NCBI GenBank assembly: GCA_902594855.1
Contig: CACJNS010000001.1
Location: 474,405-538,404 of the forward strand
DNA: 64,000 nucleotides
Source of the DNA: an uncultured SAR86 cluster bacterium
GTDB taxonomy: Bacteria > Pseudomonadota > Gammaproteobacteria > Magnimaribacterales > AG-339-G14
Direction of reading: 5' to 3'
The translations under genes and the position numbers were made by a program. Numbering within the stretch: position 1 is the stretch's first letter; the number at the start of each line of letters is the position of its first letter. The notes beneath the pieces are model-generated. The model did no database searches. It was not told the origin of the DNA and worked only from the letters and a program-made list of their open reading frames with translations. Below, in pieces: positions 33,726-43,656 of this stretch.

Positions 33726-34309
33726 TTCTTGGCCTTAACTCTGTAAAGAGCAATTTCGGTTAAGAGGTTAGGAGCAACTTTCATAAACGATTGTTCTTCT
33801 CCATCAAAACTTAAAAGTTGTCTATCAAGAATGTCTGCGCCGTGATCAATGCATAACTTTTCAAAATCCTTTAAAGAACATAAGTGAATGTTCGGTGTTG
33901 AATACCAATCGTGGGGAAGGGCAGAAGATATCGGCATCGTGCCACCAAAAATTAGCTGTAAGCGACATCGCCAATTTGCAAAGTTGGGAATACTGATTAT
34001 TGCCTCTTTGCCTATTCTGATAATTTCTTCTAGAGCAACTTCAGGCTTTCTTAATGCTTGAATAGATTGACTCATAATAACGGCATCAAAACTTTGATCT
34101 TGAAAGTTACTCAAACCCGAATCAATGTCTTGATCGATAACGCTGACATCTTTCTGTAGACACTCTTGAATTTTTTTATGATCTATTTCTAAACCTAAAC
34201 CTCTTACTTGATTATTTTTTTTTAGAAATGCTAAAAGTGAGCCGTCACCGCATCCTAGATCAAGGACTCTGGCATTACTCTGGATAAAATTGCCTATCAA
34301 CTTATTCAT
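33722..34309 (-). CDS. metW: Methionine biosynthesis protein MetW
   Basis: 195 aa with the SAM-MTase-like motif VLDLGCGDG. It overlaps and follows metX. Confidence 0.88.
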   Translation of the reverse strand: MNKLIGNFIQSNARVLDLGCGDGSLLAFLKKNNQVRGLGLEIDHKKIQECLQKDVSVIDQDIDSGLSNFQDQSFDAVIMSQSIQALRKPEVALEEIIRIGKEAIISIPNFANWRCRLQLIFGGTMPISSALPHDWYSTPNIHLCSLKDFEKLCIDHGADILDRQLLSFDGEEQSFMKVAPNLLTEIALYRVKAKN

Positions 34310-35402
34310 TTTTCTCCAAGAATGTCTCTATTGCACTATCGTATGTTTCGCTAGGCATTAAAAAAGCATCGTGACCATGCGGAGAATCTATTTCTAAAAA
34401 GGAGACGTCTTTTTCAGCTTCAATAAAAGCATTTGCTAACTCTCTGGATCTTTCTGGTGAAAATCGCCAGTCGGATGAAAATGCGACAAGAAGAGTTTTC
34501 GCAGTAACCGATTTAAGAGTTTTAGCTAAATCTCCCTCATGAGACTCAGCTGGATCAAAATAGTCTAAAACTTTGGTCATAAGCAGGTAAGTATGCGCAT
34601 CAAATCTATTAGAAAAACTTTCACCTTGATATCTTAAATAGCTTTCTACTTCAAACTCGACATCGTAGGAGAAATTCACTTCGCCTTTTTTCATATCTCG
34701 ACCAAATTTCTGTCGCATTGCATCATCTGATAGGTAAGTAATGTGACCAAGCATTCTCGCAAGCCCCAAACCCGTCTTCGGAAGCTTATCCTCAGAGTTA
34801 TAGTTGGGATCAGCCAAGATGGCTTGCCTGGCTATTTCGTTAAAAGCAATGTTCTGAGCGCTCAACTTGGCCGCTGCAGCTATTACCACAATTTTTTTAA
34901 CAAGGTCGGGGTAATCTATAGACCATTGTAATGCTTGCATACCGCCAAGACTGCCGCCAACAACAGCATACCAATAGGGCAGTCCGAGATGAGTGCGCAA
35001 CAAATCTTGGCTTTTGACCCAGTCTTCAACAGTGACCATAGGAAAAGAAGAGCCGAAAGCTATATTGTTTTCTGGATTAATGGAATTCGGGCCTGTGCTA
35101 CCGTGGCAGCCGCCTAAATTGTTGCAACCAACAATGAAATATTTATTTGTATCAAACGCTTTGTTTGGACCGACCATATCGTCCCACCAGCCTTTTTTAT
35201 CATCTTCACTCAACCCTGCTACGTGATGATTGCCGCTGAGGGCATGACAAATGAGAATAGCGTTATCTTTAGCTTCATTTAATTCTCCATAAGTTTGATA
35301 AACCATTTCAAATCCTTGAAGGGTTTTGCCTGATTTCAAGGAAAAAGAATCTTTATGAATAAAACTCTTTGTTTCTACCCGACCTAGTGAATCGTTTGAC
35401 AT
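34302..35402 (-). CDS. metX: Homoserine O-acyltransferase (MetX type)
   Basis: 366 aa alpha/beta hydrolase with GGSLGGMQALQW around the nucleophile Ser. The context is metX-metW. Confidence 0.92.
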   Translation of the reverse strand: MSNDSLGRVETKSFIHKDSFSLKSGKTLQGFEMVYQTYGELNEAKDNAILICHALSGNHHVAGLSEDDKKGWWDDMVGPNKAFDTNKYFIVGCNNLGGCHGSTGPNSINPENNIAFGSSFPMVTVEDWVKSQDLLRTHLGLPYWYAVVGGSLGGMQALQWSIDYPDLVKKIVVIAAAAKLSAQNIAFNEIARQAILADPNYNSEDKLPKTGLGLARMLGHITYLSDDAMRQKFGRDMKKGEVNFSYDVEFEVESYLRYQGESFSNRFDAHTYLLMTKVLDYFDPAESHEGDLAKTLKSVTAKTLLVAFSSDWRFSPERSRELANAFIEAEKDVSFLEIDSPHGHDAFLMPSETYDSAIETFLEKNE

Positions 35403-35953
35403 TATATGAACCGGGGTAATTCTAAGTTTGCGCCCAGAGTTAGAAGAATTCTATCGATCTGTATTAAGAGGAAAAATACAATGATCGGTGAAAAGTCTAT
35501 CCCCGAGAATGAAGTAAATCTCTGAAAAGGTAAAAGCAAAGGTTGCGTAAGACCATGACATATATTCAAAAAGGAATTATTTGACATGGGCGCTAACCAA
35601 CTGGCAAATATAGAGATAAACAAACTATATCTAATTATTTGCGAGGCCATGTATAAAGAGCCAATAGCCGCCCAAGATAAAGCATCTATCGTATCGAAGA
35701 TCTGGTCGGCACTAAAAATCAAATTAAACAGACCGAATTTCGCCAAAATTACCAAAGCCAATGCAGACAAATCTACTCCAAACAAAATAGGTAAAACATA
35801 TCTAAAAGGTTTAAGGAAGGGTTCTAAATACTTAAAGGAATTTGAAACGATCGGATTATTAAAACTTAATTGAAACAATCTAAAGAGCAGATACAGCAAA
35901 AAAATAGCCGAAAAGAAATTAACCAATGCTATAAGAAAAAAGTTATTCGCCAT
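35402..35953 (-). CDS. yggT: YggT-family membrane protein
   Basis: 183 aa with a duplicated YggT-like hydrophobic repeat. It lies between proC and metX, as in Pseudomonas. Confidence 0.7.
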   Translation of the reverse strand: MANNFFLIALVNFFSAIFLLYLLFRLFQLSFNNPIVSNSFKYLEPFLKPFRYVLPILFGVDLSALALVILAKFGLFNLIFSADQIFDTIDALSWAAIGSLYMASQIIRYSLFISIFASWLAPMSNNSFLNICHGLTQPLLLPFQRFTSFSGIDFSPIIVFFLLIQIDRILLTLGANLELPRFI

Positions 35954-35954
35954 C

Positions 35955-36725
35955 TTAATCGTTTAGTTTTTTTGATCTTTCAATTGCTTTATTGATTGCT
36001 TGTGAAATGATCTCATTAATTCCGGCAGACTTCATTGTATTTAAAGCTTCTTCTGTGACTCCTTTTTTTGAAGCAACTTTATTTTGAACTTCAGCAAATC
36101 CAGCTGACTCATTCTCTTGAAGCAATTCTCCGGCAGTAAACATAACTGATGCTAAGTCTTTATCGGACATGGATAAACCGTTATCTGTAGCAAGCTTGCT
36201 CATTGTTTCTGCTATAAGAGCAAAATAAGCTGGCCCAGCACCGTAAATAGCTGTGAATGCATCCATGTCTTTCTCTTCCAATACATAAGTGCTACCTAAC
36301 TCAGAAATAATCACTTCAGTTTGATCAACCAATGCCTTATCTCCCATTTCCGCTATTGCAATGGGACCATTTTTAAAACCAATTCCAAGCGATGGCATGG
36401 TTCTCACGATATTTTTGTAACCACCTGCTAAATCGACGAGCTTACTTCTTGAGATGCCAGCAACAAAAGAAATTACGAGTTGGTTCTCTAATTGTAAGGC
36501 AATGCTAGAAAGAATCTCTGCTGTTACATTTGGCTTTACGGTTATAAAAATAACCTCACATTTTTTTGCTAAATCGATAGTTTCTACCTTTTCTGCTGCT
36601 AGGTTTTCAGCTGCTTGATTAATCGAAAGGTTTGAATAAAAAATATTATAAGAACCGGACAAAGTTTTAATTGCCTGTAAAGCTAAGTTTCCGCATCCTA
36701 TAAACCCTATGTTTTGTTTATTCAT
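35955..36725 (-). CDS. proC: Pyrroline-5-carboxylate reductase
   Basis: 256 aa with an N-terminal GFIGCGN Rossmann motif and a C-terminal S.KG.T motif (ASKKGVTEEAL). Confidence 0.9.
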   Translation of the reverse strand: MNKQNIGFIGCGNLALQAIKTLSGSYNIFYSNLSINQAAENLAAEKVETIDLAKKCEVIFITVKPNVTAEILSSIALQLENQLVISFVAGISRSKLVDLAGGYKNIVRTMPSLGIGFKNGPIAIAEMGDKALVDQTEVIISELGSTYVLEEKDMDAFTAIYGAGPAYFALIAETMSKLATDNGLSMSDKDLASVMFTAGELLQENESAGFAEVQNKVASKKGVTEEALNTMKSAGINEIISQAINKAIERSKKLND

Positions 36726-37387
36726 CGTTTACCAAATATTGATTCTCCAACTCTAACCATGGTTGATCCGTGCTTAATGCCCAACTCAAAGTCTTGTGAG
36801 GTTCCCAATGATAGTTCATTAGCAGGAGGATAATAATTTTTGAGTTGATCGCTAAGCATACTCATTTTCTCATATTCTTTTTCATTAATCTTTCCATCTA
36901 TTGGAGGCGAAGGAAGCGCCATCAAACCTTTAAGCTCCAAGCATTTCGATTCAATAACAATCTCCGCCAGAGGTATCAGGTCGCTTTCACTTATACCTGA
37001 CTTGGTCTTTTCTTCACTGACATTAACCTGGATTAAAACTTTGAGATTTTGACCAGCAGCATCTAGAGCATTGACTATTTTTGCTCTATCAATTGTATGC
37101 ACCCAAGAAAAATGTTGAGCTATTTGAGAACTTTTTTTTGATTGAATGTTGCCAATAAAATGCCAATCTATTTCCTTTGAATTAATGGATGAAATCTTTT
37201 CAACCGATTCTTGCAGATAATTTTCGCCAAAGTTGGTCAAGCCACAATGATGAGCTGCAGCGATTAAATCAGTGCTTTTCTTTTTTGAAACTGCAATTAA
37301 CTTTATCTCTTCTAAAGATCTTCCCGCTTTAGCTGCAGCAGATTTTATTTTGTCTTTAATTTTTGCAATATTGTCTGAAATATCCAT
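36722..37387 (-). CDS. yggS: PLP-homeostasis protein YggS
   Basis: 221 aa with the AVSK PLP-lysine motif, HFIG.IQS.K and MVRVG..IFG. Confidence 0.9.
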   Translation of the reverse strand: MDISDNIAKIKDKIKSAAAKAGRSLEEIKLIAVSKKKSTDLIAAAHHCGLTNFGENYLQESVEKISSINSKEIDWHFIGNIQSKKSSQIAQHFSWVHTIDRAKIVNALDAAGQNLKVLIQVNVSEEKTKSGISESDLIPLAEIVIESKCLELKGLMALPSPPIDGKINEKEYEKMSMLSDQLKNYYPPANELSLGTSQDFELGIKHGSTMVRVGESIFGKR

Positions 37388-39099
37388 TACATTTTTTCAG
37401 GAGCAACTATCCCTAAAATACTCAATCCATCACTAATTACTGCTTTTGTTGCTAAAGAAACAGCAATCCTCGCATTTCTTGAATTGTCATCTTTATCCAA
37501 GATTGGGTGAGAGTTGTAAAACGAATGAAAGATAGCCGCTAAGTCTCTAAGGTAAAAACACAAAGAATGGATTTCTCTTTTATCAAAACATCGCTCAAGA
37601 GTTTGTTGGTAGCTGTTAATTTGTGAAACAAGTTCATTCTCTTTATCAGAAGATAAAGATGATAGGGCTCTAGAGCCTTCTGAATTGGAATAATTAAAAC
37701 CCCTTTCTGGCAACTCTTTCATCAAGCTGCAGATTCGAGCATGAGCATATTGAATGTAGTAAACAGGATTATCTTTATTTTTCTTCTTAGCTAGCTCAAT
37801 ATCAAACTCAAGCGTTTGATCTGACCTTCTTTCTAAAAAGAAATACCTTACAGCATCTACACCCACCTCATCGATAAGTTTCTTTAAGGTCACAAACTCA
37901 CCTGATCTTGTAGACATAGCAACTTTATTTTTTCCTCTTACTAAAGAAACAAATTGTATAAAAATTGTTTTGAGTTTCTTGCTGTCGTAGCCGAGACCCT
38001 TCAATGATGCATTTATTCTGGGTAGATAGCCATGATGATCTGACCCCCATAGATTTATCATTTCATCAAATTTTCTATCAAATTTATTCTTATGGTAGAC
38101 CAGATCAGAAGCAAAATATGTTGGTGCTTCATTCTCTCTAATTAGAACCCTATCTTTTTCATCGCCAAATTCCGTTGATTTATACCAAATAGCACCGTCT
38201 TTATCGTAACTAAGATCTTTTTTACTGAGATAATTTAGAGTTTTATTAAATTCTGATTTTTTAGAGTCTTTAAAAAGGCTAGACTCAAAAAAGAAATCAT
38301 CGTGGAATGTATTAAACTCTTTTAAGTCGGCTTTGATGCCTTCCAGAATTTTTGTGAGCGCAAATACTCCTAACTCTTCAAAATCAGACAACTCTTTTTT
38401 TGCCAAAATAAGCCATTCATCAAAATTTGTTGGTAGTTTTTTTGGAAGAGTAAATTCGTATTTGTTTTGTTTGTTTTTTTTCAAATCACTTGCGATGGTT
38501 TTCAAATAATCCCCCTGGTAACACTCTTTGGGTAATTTAATCTTTTTTGCGCCAAGCGATAGATAATTGAGTAAAAGACTTAGTCCGAGAGTCTCTATCT
38601 GCAATCCTTGATCGTTTACGTAATATTCTTGGGTTACTTCATATCCTGCTTTAAATAAAAGATTTGCTAAGGCTGAACCCAATGCAGCTCCTCTTCCGTG
38701 TCCAATATGAATGGGACCAGTTGGATTGCTAGAAACATATTCAATTAATATATTCTGTTTAGTTTTGCCTTTAATTGAGAAGGGCTCTTCTTGCTCTAAA
38801 CATTCTTGAATGAAAATATATTTTTGTTCAGAAGTTAAATAAAAATTTAAGAATCCTGCTCCTGCAATCTCAATTTTAGTTATCCAATCATTTTTTGTGA
38901 GGTTCTTAATTAATTTTTCAGCAATCTGTCTAGGATTATCTTCAGAATTAGCAGCAAGTTTCATACAAATATTTGAAGTCCAGTCTCCAAACTCAATGTT
39001 TTTGGGTTCAAAAACCTCAATTTGGGACGCCTTAGTGACTCCTTTGAGATTTGATGACTTAATTTCTTCAAAAAGAAGGTTTTGAATATCTTCTTTCAA
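37387..39099 (-). CDS. argS: Arginine--tRNA ligase
   Basis: 570 aa with a TTG start overlapping the efp stop. It has the class-I HIGH motif (PTGPIHIGHGR), an MSTR(S)G KMSKS-equivalent, and a C-terminal DALR-type anticodon-binding domain. Confidence 0.95.
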   Translation of the reverse strand: MKEDIQNLLFEEIKSSNLKGVTKASQIEVFEPKNIEFGDWTSNICMKLAANSEDNPRQIAEKLIKNLTKNDWITKIEIAGAGFLNFYLTSEQKYIFIQECLEQEEPFSIKGKTKQNILIEYVSSNPTGPIHIGHGRGAALGSALANLLFKAGYEVTQEYYVNDQGLQIETLGLSLLLNYLSLGAKKIKLPKECYQGDYLKTIASDLKKNKQNKYEFTLPKKLPTNFDEWLILAKKELSDFEELGVFALTKILEGIKADLKEFNTFHDDFFFESSLFKDSKKSEFNKTLNYLSKKDLSYDKDGAIWYKSTEFGDEKDRVLIRENEAPTYFASDLVYHKNKFDRKFDEMINLWGSDHHGYLPRINASLKGLGYDSKKLKTIFIQFVSLVRGKNKVAMSTRSGEFVTLKKLIDEVGVDAVRYFFLERRSDQTLEFDIELAKKKNKDNPVYYIQYAHARICSLMKELPERGFNYSNSEGSRALSSLSSDKENELVSQINSYQQTLERCFDKREIHSLCFYLRDLAAIFHSFYNSHPILDKDDNSRNARIAVSLATKAVISDGLSILGIVAPEKM

Positions 39100-39665
39100 T
39101 CTTTCGCTCTGCTTTGATATTCGCCAGTTCTGGTATCAATTTTAAGGATATCTCCAATCTCAATAAATAAAGGGACTTTTACTTCAACACCATTTTTAAG
39201 GATGGCTGGTTTCGTTGCTCCTGTAGCAGTATCTCCTTTAAATCCAGGCTCAGTTTCAGTTACTTCCATTTCAACAAACGTATCGAGCTCAACAGATAAA
39301 GGCGAACCTTCAAATAATAAGACTTCATAAGACTCACCTTCTTCCATCCATTGAATTGAGTCGCCAAGATCACCTTTAGAGAAAGTTTCTTGATCAAAAC
39401 TGTTATTATTCATCATTACAACTTCTTCACCGCTTTCGTACAAAAATTGCATGGGTACGTTCTCAAGATCTGCTTTTTCAAGCGACTCTCCTGTTTTGTA
39501 TGTTTTTTCCCATACCCTATTGGATTTTAAATTTTTGAATTTCACCCTCATTACCGCCTGCCCTTTGCCAGGTTTATGAAATTCATGCTCAAGGATCTCG
39601 CAAGGATCCCCTTCAACGATAAGTTTCAGTCCATTTTTGAACTCATTTGTACTGATCGAAGCCAT
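39096..39665 (-). CDS. efp: Elongation factor P
   Basis: 189 aa with the KPGKGQA loop containing the conserved Lys. Confidence 0.95.
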   Translation of the reverse strand: MASISTNEFKNGLKLIVEGDPCEILEHEFHKPGKGQAVMRVKFKNLKSNRVWEKTYKTGESLEKADLENVPMQFLYESGEEVVMMNNNSFDQETFSKGDLGDSIQWMEEGESYEVLLFEGSPLSVELDTFVEMEVTETEPGFKGDTATGATKPAILKNGVEVKVPLFIEIGDILKIDTRTGEYQSRAKD

Positions 39666-39856
39666 AATGAATTTTACATTAGACTGACAAATAATTTCAT
39701 AGATAGATGTTGATTTTTTATATGAATTCCAATAAAGAAAAACTGATAAGTTTGTTGCTTTGATAAGTTATTCTTACTAAAGTAGGTAACGAAAAAAAAT
39801 CCGCCCAGCAAAAATTTAATTATTAATTTTTGTTGGCTTTCTTTTAGGGAGATGAA

Positions 39857-40630
39857 ATGTTTAGTAAAACAGTTAAAAAGTTAAAAGTTACTGTCTTTGT
39901 CATTGTCCTTTCTTTTTCAGGAGCACTTTTTGCGCAGCTTCAACCGGTTCTACAGGTCAATGATGAAAGAACGGAAAGAGCTGCAACTTCTCAAACTGCT
40001 ATCGATGGTTTTCAAGATAAAACAGATAAATTATCCGCTGAATATAAGATAGTCAGCAAGCAAATTGAGGGGCTAAAGGTTTACAACGCACAGAAAAGAA
40101 AACAAATAAAAAGACAAGTCGAAAGAATGGAAGAAATAGAAACAACCATGAAAGATGCATCGGTTCTTCAAAGACAAATTCCACCCTTATCAAGAAGAAT
40201 GTATGAGGGTCTAAAAAGTTTCATCTCTTTGGATCTGCCATTCAGACTTGGCGAAAGAGAAGAAAGATTATCGTTTATTCAGAAAGCTTTAGATAACCCA
40301 ACCGTTTCTCCCGCGGAGCAATTAAGACAAGTTCTTGAGGGTTACACAGTTGAATCTGAATATGGTATGAAAATGGATACTTATAAAGATACTATTTCAA
40401 TTGATGGCCAAGAGCGTGAAGTTAATATTCTGAGGGTTGGTAGATTGGTATTGGCTTATCAAACCTCTGACCTTGATCAGACTGGAGTTTGGAATAAAGA
40501 GTCTGGCTCTTGGGAAGAGTTGCCATCCAGTTACAGAAATCCAGTAAAAAATGGTATTCGCATAGCTCAAAAACTTCAAACAGTTAACATTTTAGAGATG
40601 CCAATCCCAGCTGCTGAGGTGGTCCAATGA
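39857..40630 (+). CDS. DUF3450-type periplasmic coiled-coil protein (TtpB-like first gene of a TonB2-type cluster)
   Basis: 257 aa with a signal peptide and a coiled-coil region. It sits immediately upstream of a large MotA/TolQ/ExbB protein, as in Vibrio TonB2/TonB3 clusters. Confidence 0.7.
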   Translation: MFSKTVKKLKVTVFVIVLSFSGALFAQLQPVLQVNDERTERAATSQTAIDGFQDKTDKLSAEYKIVSKQIEGLKVYNAQKRKQIKRQVERMEEIETTMKDASVLQRQIPPLSRRMYEGLKSFISLDLPFRLGEREERLSFIQKALDNPTVSPAEQLRQVLEGYTVESEYGMKMDTYKDTISIDGQEREVNILRVGRLVLAYQTSDLDQTGVWNKESGSWEELPSSYRNPVKNGIRIAQKLQTVNILEMPIPAAEVVQ

Positions 40631-42003
40631 AAAAACTATTATCTATACTAATCATAGGATTATTTTTAAATCCTCTATTTTCTCAAGAAGAAGAGAAGCC
40701 AGAATCAGCTGCCGCCAGTCTTGATGAATTACTAGAACTAGTAAAACAGGGTAGATTTGCGGAGTCTGAAGAAGCTTCAGAAAGGGAAGCCAGATTTAGA
40801 ACTGAAAGAAACAGACAACAAAAACTTTTATCTGATGCAAAAGCTGAAAGGGCCCGTCTGGAGAGGATTGCAGAAGAACTTGAGGCTCAATTTGAAGCAA
40901 ACGATGCAAAACTTGTTGTTTTAGAGGAACAACTTAAAGAAAGGCTTGGCTCTCTATATGAAATGTTTGGACATTTGCAGAGCACCGCAAGCGATTCTTT
41001 GGCTAGATTTGAGGAATCGATTACGGCTGCACAATTTGGAAAAGATAGAGAAATATTCTTATCAGATTTAGCCAAGAAAATGAGCGAAGGTGTTTCTTTG
41101 GCATCAATTCCGGAGTTGGAAAGGTTATGGTTTGAGCTTTTAAGAGAACTTGAAGCTTCAGGATCTGTAGAAAAATTCAACGCGACTGTTGTTGATAACA
41201 ACGGTAACGCATCTGAGGAAGACGTTGTCAGAGTCGGAACATTCAATGCTGTCACTGAAGGAAGTTATTTAAGTTACTTGAAAACAAGAGGAGCTTATGA
41301 AGTTCTGCCAAGACAGCCTGCTAGATATACCGGCGGAACTTATGACTTATTTGATGAAAGTTCTGGTTTTGTTCAATTTGGCGTTGATCCAACAGGACCT
41401 CAAGGAGGAACTTTATTATCTAATTTAATTACTCTTCCTACTTTTAGCGAAAAAATTGCTCAAGGAAGATTTGTTGGATATCTAATTCTAGTCTTGCTAG
41501 CTATATCTGCCGCAGTATTCATTTGGCGTTTTTACATTCTCTACGGTGTAAGAAGAGGAGTTAATGCAGAAGCTGCAGGTCGAGGCTCAGGCAACAATGC
41601 CTTATCAAGGGTTATGAAAGTAGCTGAAGATGCCAAAGATGCTGATACAGAAACTTTAGAATTAAAAATGGCTGAACAAATTCTTGCTGAGAGGCCTGCC
41701 ATTGAAGCTTACATTTGGGTAGTAAAATTAATTGCAGCGGTAGCACCGCTCCTGGGTTTATTTGGTACGATCATTGGAATGATTAATACCTTCCAAGCAA
41801 TAACTTTGTTTGGAACAGGAGATCCCAAAACCATGGCAAGCGGTATTTCAGAAGCACTTGTTACAACATGGTTAGGATTGATGTGTGCTATACCATCTGT
41901 ATTTATGGCGGCCATTCTTGCTAATTATTCAAAAGGTATTTTGTCCATCATTGAAGAGCAAAGTACGGGAATGGTTGCGGCAAGATCAGAAGGAAAAGCC
42001 TAG
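40627..42003 (+). CDS. Large MotA/TolQ/ExbB-family proton-channel protein (TtpC-like)
   Basis: 458 aa with a signal peptide, a long coiled-coil N-region and a C-terminal ExbB-type TM domain (APLLGLFGTIIGMI). Confidence 0.85.
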   Translation: MKKLLSILIIGLFLNPLFSQEEEKPESAAASLDELLELVKQGRFAESEEASEREARFRTERNRQQKLLSDAKAERARLERIAEELEAQFEANDAKLVVLEEQLKERLGSLYEMFGHLQSTASDSLARFEESITAAQFGKDREIFLSDLAKKMSEGVSLASIPELERLWFELLRELEASGSVEKFNATVVDNNGNASEEDVVRVGTFNAVTEGSYLSYLKTRGAYEVLPRQPARYTGGTYDLFDESSGFVQFGVDPTGPQGGTLLSNLITLPTFSEKIAQGRFVGYLILVLLAISAAVFIWRFYILYGVRRGVNAEAAGRGSGNNALSRVMKVAEDAKDADTETLELKMAEQILAERPAIEAYIWVVKLIAAVAPLLGLFGTIIGMINTFQAITLFGTGDPKTMASGISEALVTTWLGLMCAIPSVFMAAILANYSKGILSIIEEQSTGMVAARSEGKA

Positions 42004-42012
42004 CGATAACTT

Positions 42013-42573
42013 ATGAGTTGGTTTTACGATCTTCAAGACCTACTTTTCGAGTTTCTTGAAAAAGGCGGTCCGGTAGTTCTTCTGATAGGAGTCCTCATCA
42101 TGGTCATGTGGATTCTCATTTTTGAGAGATTATGGTTTTTTAGGTTTTCTAAACCACAACTTATCAAAGATGCCAGAGATCAGTGGGATCAAGTAAGATC
42201 GGAAAATGGAGGGCCTGGGAGAAAATCTTGGGAAGGGCATATGATTAGAAGTATGCTTATTTCTCAAGCCAGCTCTTCCATTAACTCAAATATTGATTTA
42301 ATAAAAGTATGTACAGCTGTTGCTCCTTTATTTGGATTGTTCGGGACAATTACTGGGATGATGGAAGTTTTCCATATTCTAGCTGTCACTGGTGGCGGAG
42401 ATGCCAAGGCTATGGCAGGAGGTGTTGCTAGATCAACAATTCCAGCTATGGCTGGTTTATTTGCTTCAATTCCAGCTCTGCTGGCTTTGAGATCTATTGA
42501 CCAGGCAGCTAAAAAGAATATAGAGATTCTCACAGAAAGATTAACTTATGATAAAAAATTTGATGTAATTTAG
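42013..42573 (+). CDS. exbB: ExbB/TolQ-family proton-channel protein
   Basis: 186 aa with the APLFGLFGTITGM motif. Confidence 0.85.
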   Translation: MSWFYDLQDLLFEFLEKGGPVVLLIGVLIMVMWILIFERLWFFRFSKPQLIKDARDQWDQVRSENGGPGRKSWEGHMIRSMLISQASSSINSNIDLIKVCTAVAPLFGLFGTITGMMEVFHILAVTGGGDAKAMAGGVARSTIPAMAGLFASIPALLALRSIDQAAKKNIEILTERLTYDKKFDVI

Positions 42574-42585
42574 AGGGGAATAACA

Positions 42586-42996
42586 ATGAGAAGAGCACCT
42601 ATTAGCCAAGCAGTAGCAGAAGAAGAAGAAATCAATATTACACCTATGTTGGATGTAGTATTCATTCTGCTGATTTTCTTTATTGTTACAGCTAACTTTA
42701 TTAAAGAGCCTGGACTGGAAGTTAACAGACCTGACTCAGAAACAGCTGAACCCACTGAAAATGCTGCAATCTTAATTGCTGTTGGTAACGCTGGCGAAAT
42801 ATACATGGATGGCAGGAGAATTGATAAGCGTCAGGTAAAAGCTAATGTCGTAAGATTATTGGCTGAAAATCCTCAAGGATCAGTTGTAATCCAGGCTGAT
42901 GAAAAGGCTACAGCAGATACAATTATGGCTGTAATGGATGGTGCCAGAGAAGCTGGCGTTTATAATATCTCTTTAGCGTCGGAACCTCAGTTTTAA
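42586..42996 (+). CDS. exbD: Biopolymer transport protein ExbD
   Basis: 136 aa with INITPMLDVVFILLIFF, which contains the conserved membrane Asp. Confidence 0.9.
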   Translation: MRRAPISQAVAEEEEINITPMLDVVFILLIFFIVTANFIKEPGLEVNRPDSETAEPTENAAILIAVGNAGEIYMDGRRIDKRQVKANVVRLLAENPQGSVVIQADEKATADTIMAVMDGAREAGVYNISLASEPQF

Positions 42997-42998
42997 AT

Positions 42999-43655
42999 AT
43001 GGCAATTGGTCTCAATAAAAATGATTATCAGAAGTACGGCCTTATAGCTGCTGGCGGCACTGCTTTTGCAATTTTTTCTTTATTATTCATGGCCGCTTTG
43101 ATTGCTACAGGAGACGTTTCTCTAGACGATATAAATACAAGAAAGATAGCTGATTTCTTAATGCCAGAAAGAGAACTTGAGTTGATGGATGATTCTATGG
43201 AAAGGCCTGAAGAGCAAGAACCACCACCTGATATGTTGCCGCCCGATGTTGAGATGGACACTATGGAAGACTTATCTGGAAACATAGCACCGAAATTTAA
43301 CTTTAAAGCTAGAAGGCAAGGAGTTTTTGCTGACGGAGCTTATGTTCCTATATTCCAAATTCCACCTCAGTATCCTAGAAGGGCAGCTGAGAGAGGTATC
43401 GAAGGTTGTGTCGTAGTTGAATATACAGTGACCACTATGGGAACCGTTAGAGATCCTGAAGTTATAGCAGCTAATCCATCTGGAATATTCAATAGCTCAG
43501 CAAAAAGAGCTGCACTAAAATATAAATACAAACCAATGATAAGAGACGGTGTAGCAGTGGAAGTTCCTGGAGTTAAACAAAGAATTACTTTTATTTTAGA
43601 GGGTGAAGGCAAGGGACCTGATTATATTCCTCAAAATTGTTTAGAAATGTATTGA
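42999..43655 (+). CDS. tonB: Energy transducer TonB
   Basis: 218 aa with an N-terminal anchor and a Pro/Glu-rich spacer (EEQEPPPDMLPPDVE). Its C-terminal TonB_C strings are YPRRAAERGIEG.V.VEY.V...G.V. Confidence 0.85.
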   Translation: MAIGLNKNDYQKYGLIAAGGTAFAIFSLLFMAALIATGDVSLDDINTRKIADFLMPERELELMDDSMERPEEQEPPPDMLPPDVEMDTMEDLSGNIAPKFNFKARRQGVFADGAYVPIFQIPPQYPRRAAERGIEGCVVVEYTVTTMGTVRDPEVIAANPSGIFNSSAKRAALKYKYKPMIRDGVAVEVPGVKQRITFILEGEGKGPDYIPQNCLEMY

Positions 43656-43656
43656 T

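Noticed and set aside
34743-35226. Three ~60-77-aa plus-strand ORFs antisense to metX
   Set aside because: They are nested antisense in a well-supported gene.
39744-39769. Fur box upstream of the TonB2-type cluster
   Set aside because: Only GATAA half-sites in direct orientation are present. The 19-bp GATAATGATAATCATTATC-type palindrome is not matched, so I report the repeat without calling it a Fur site.
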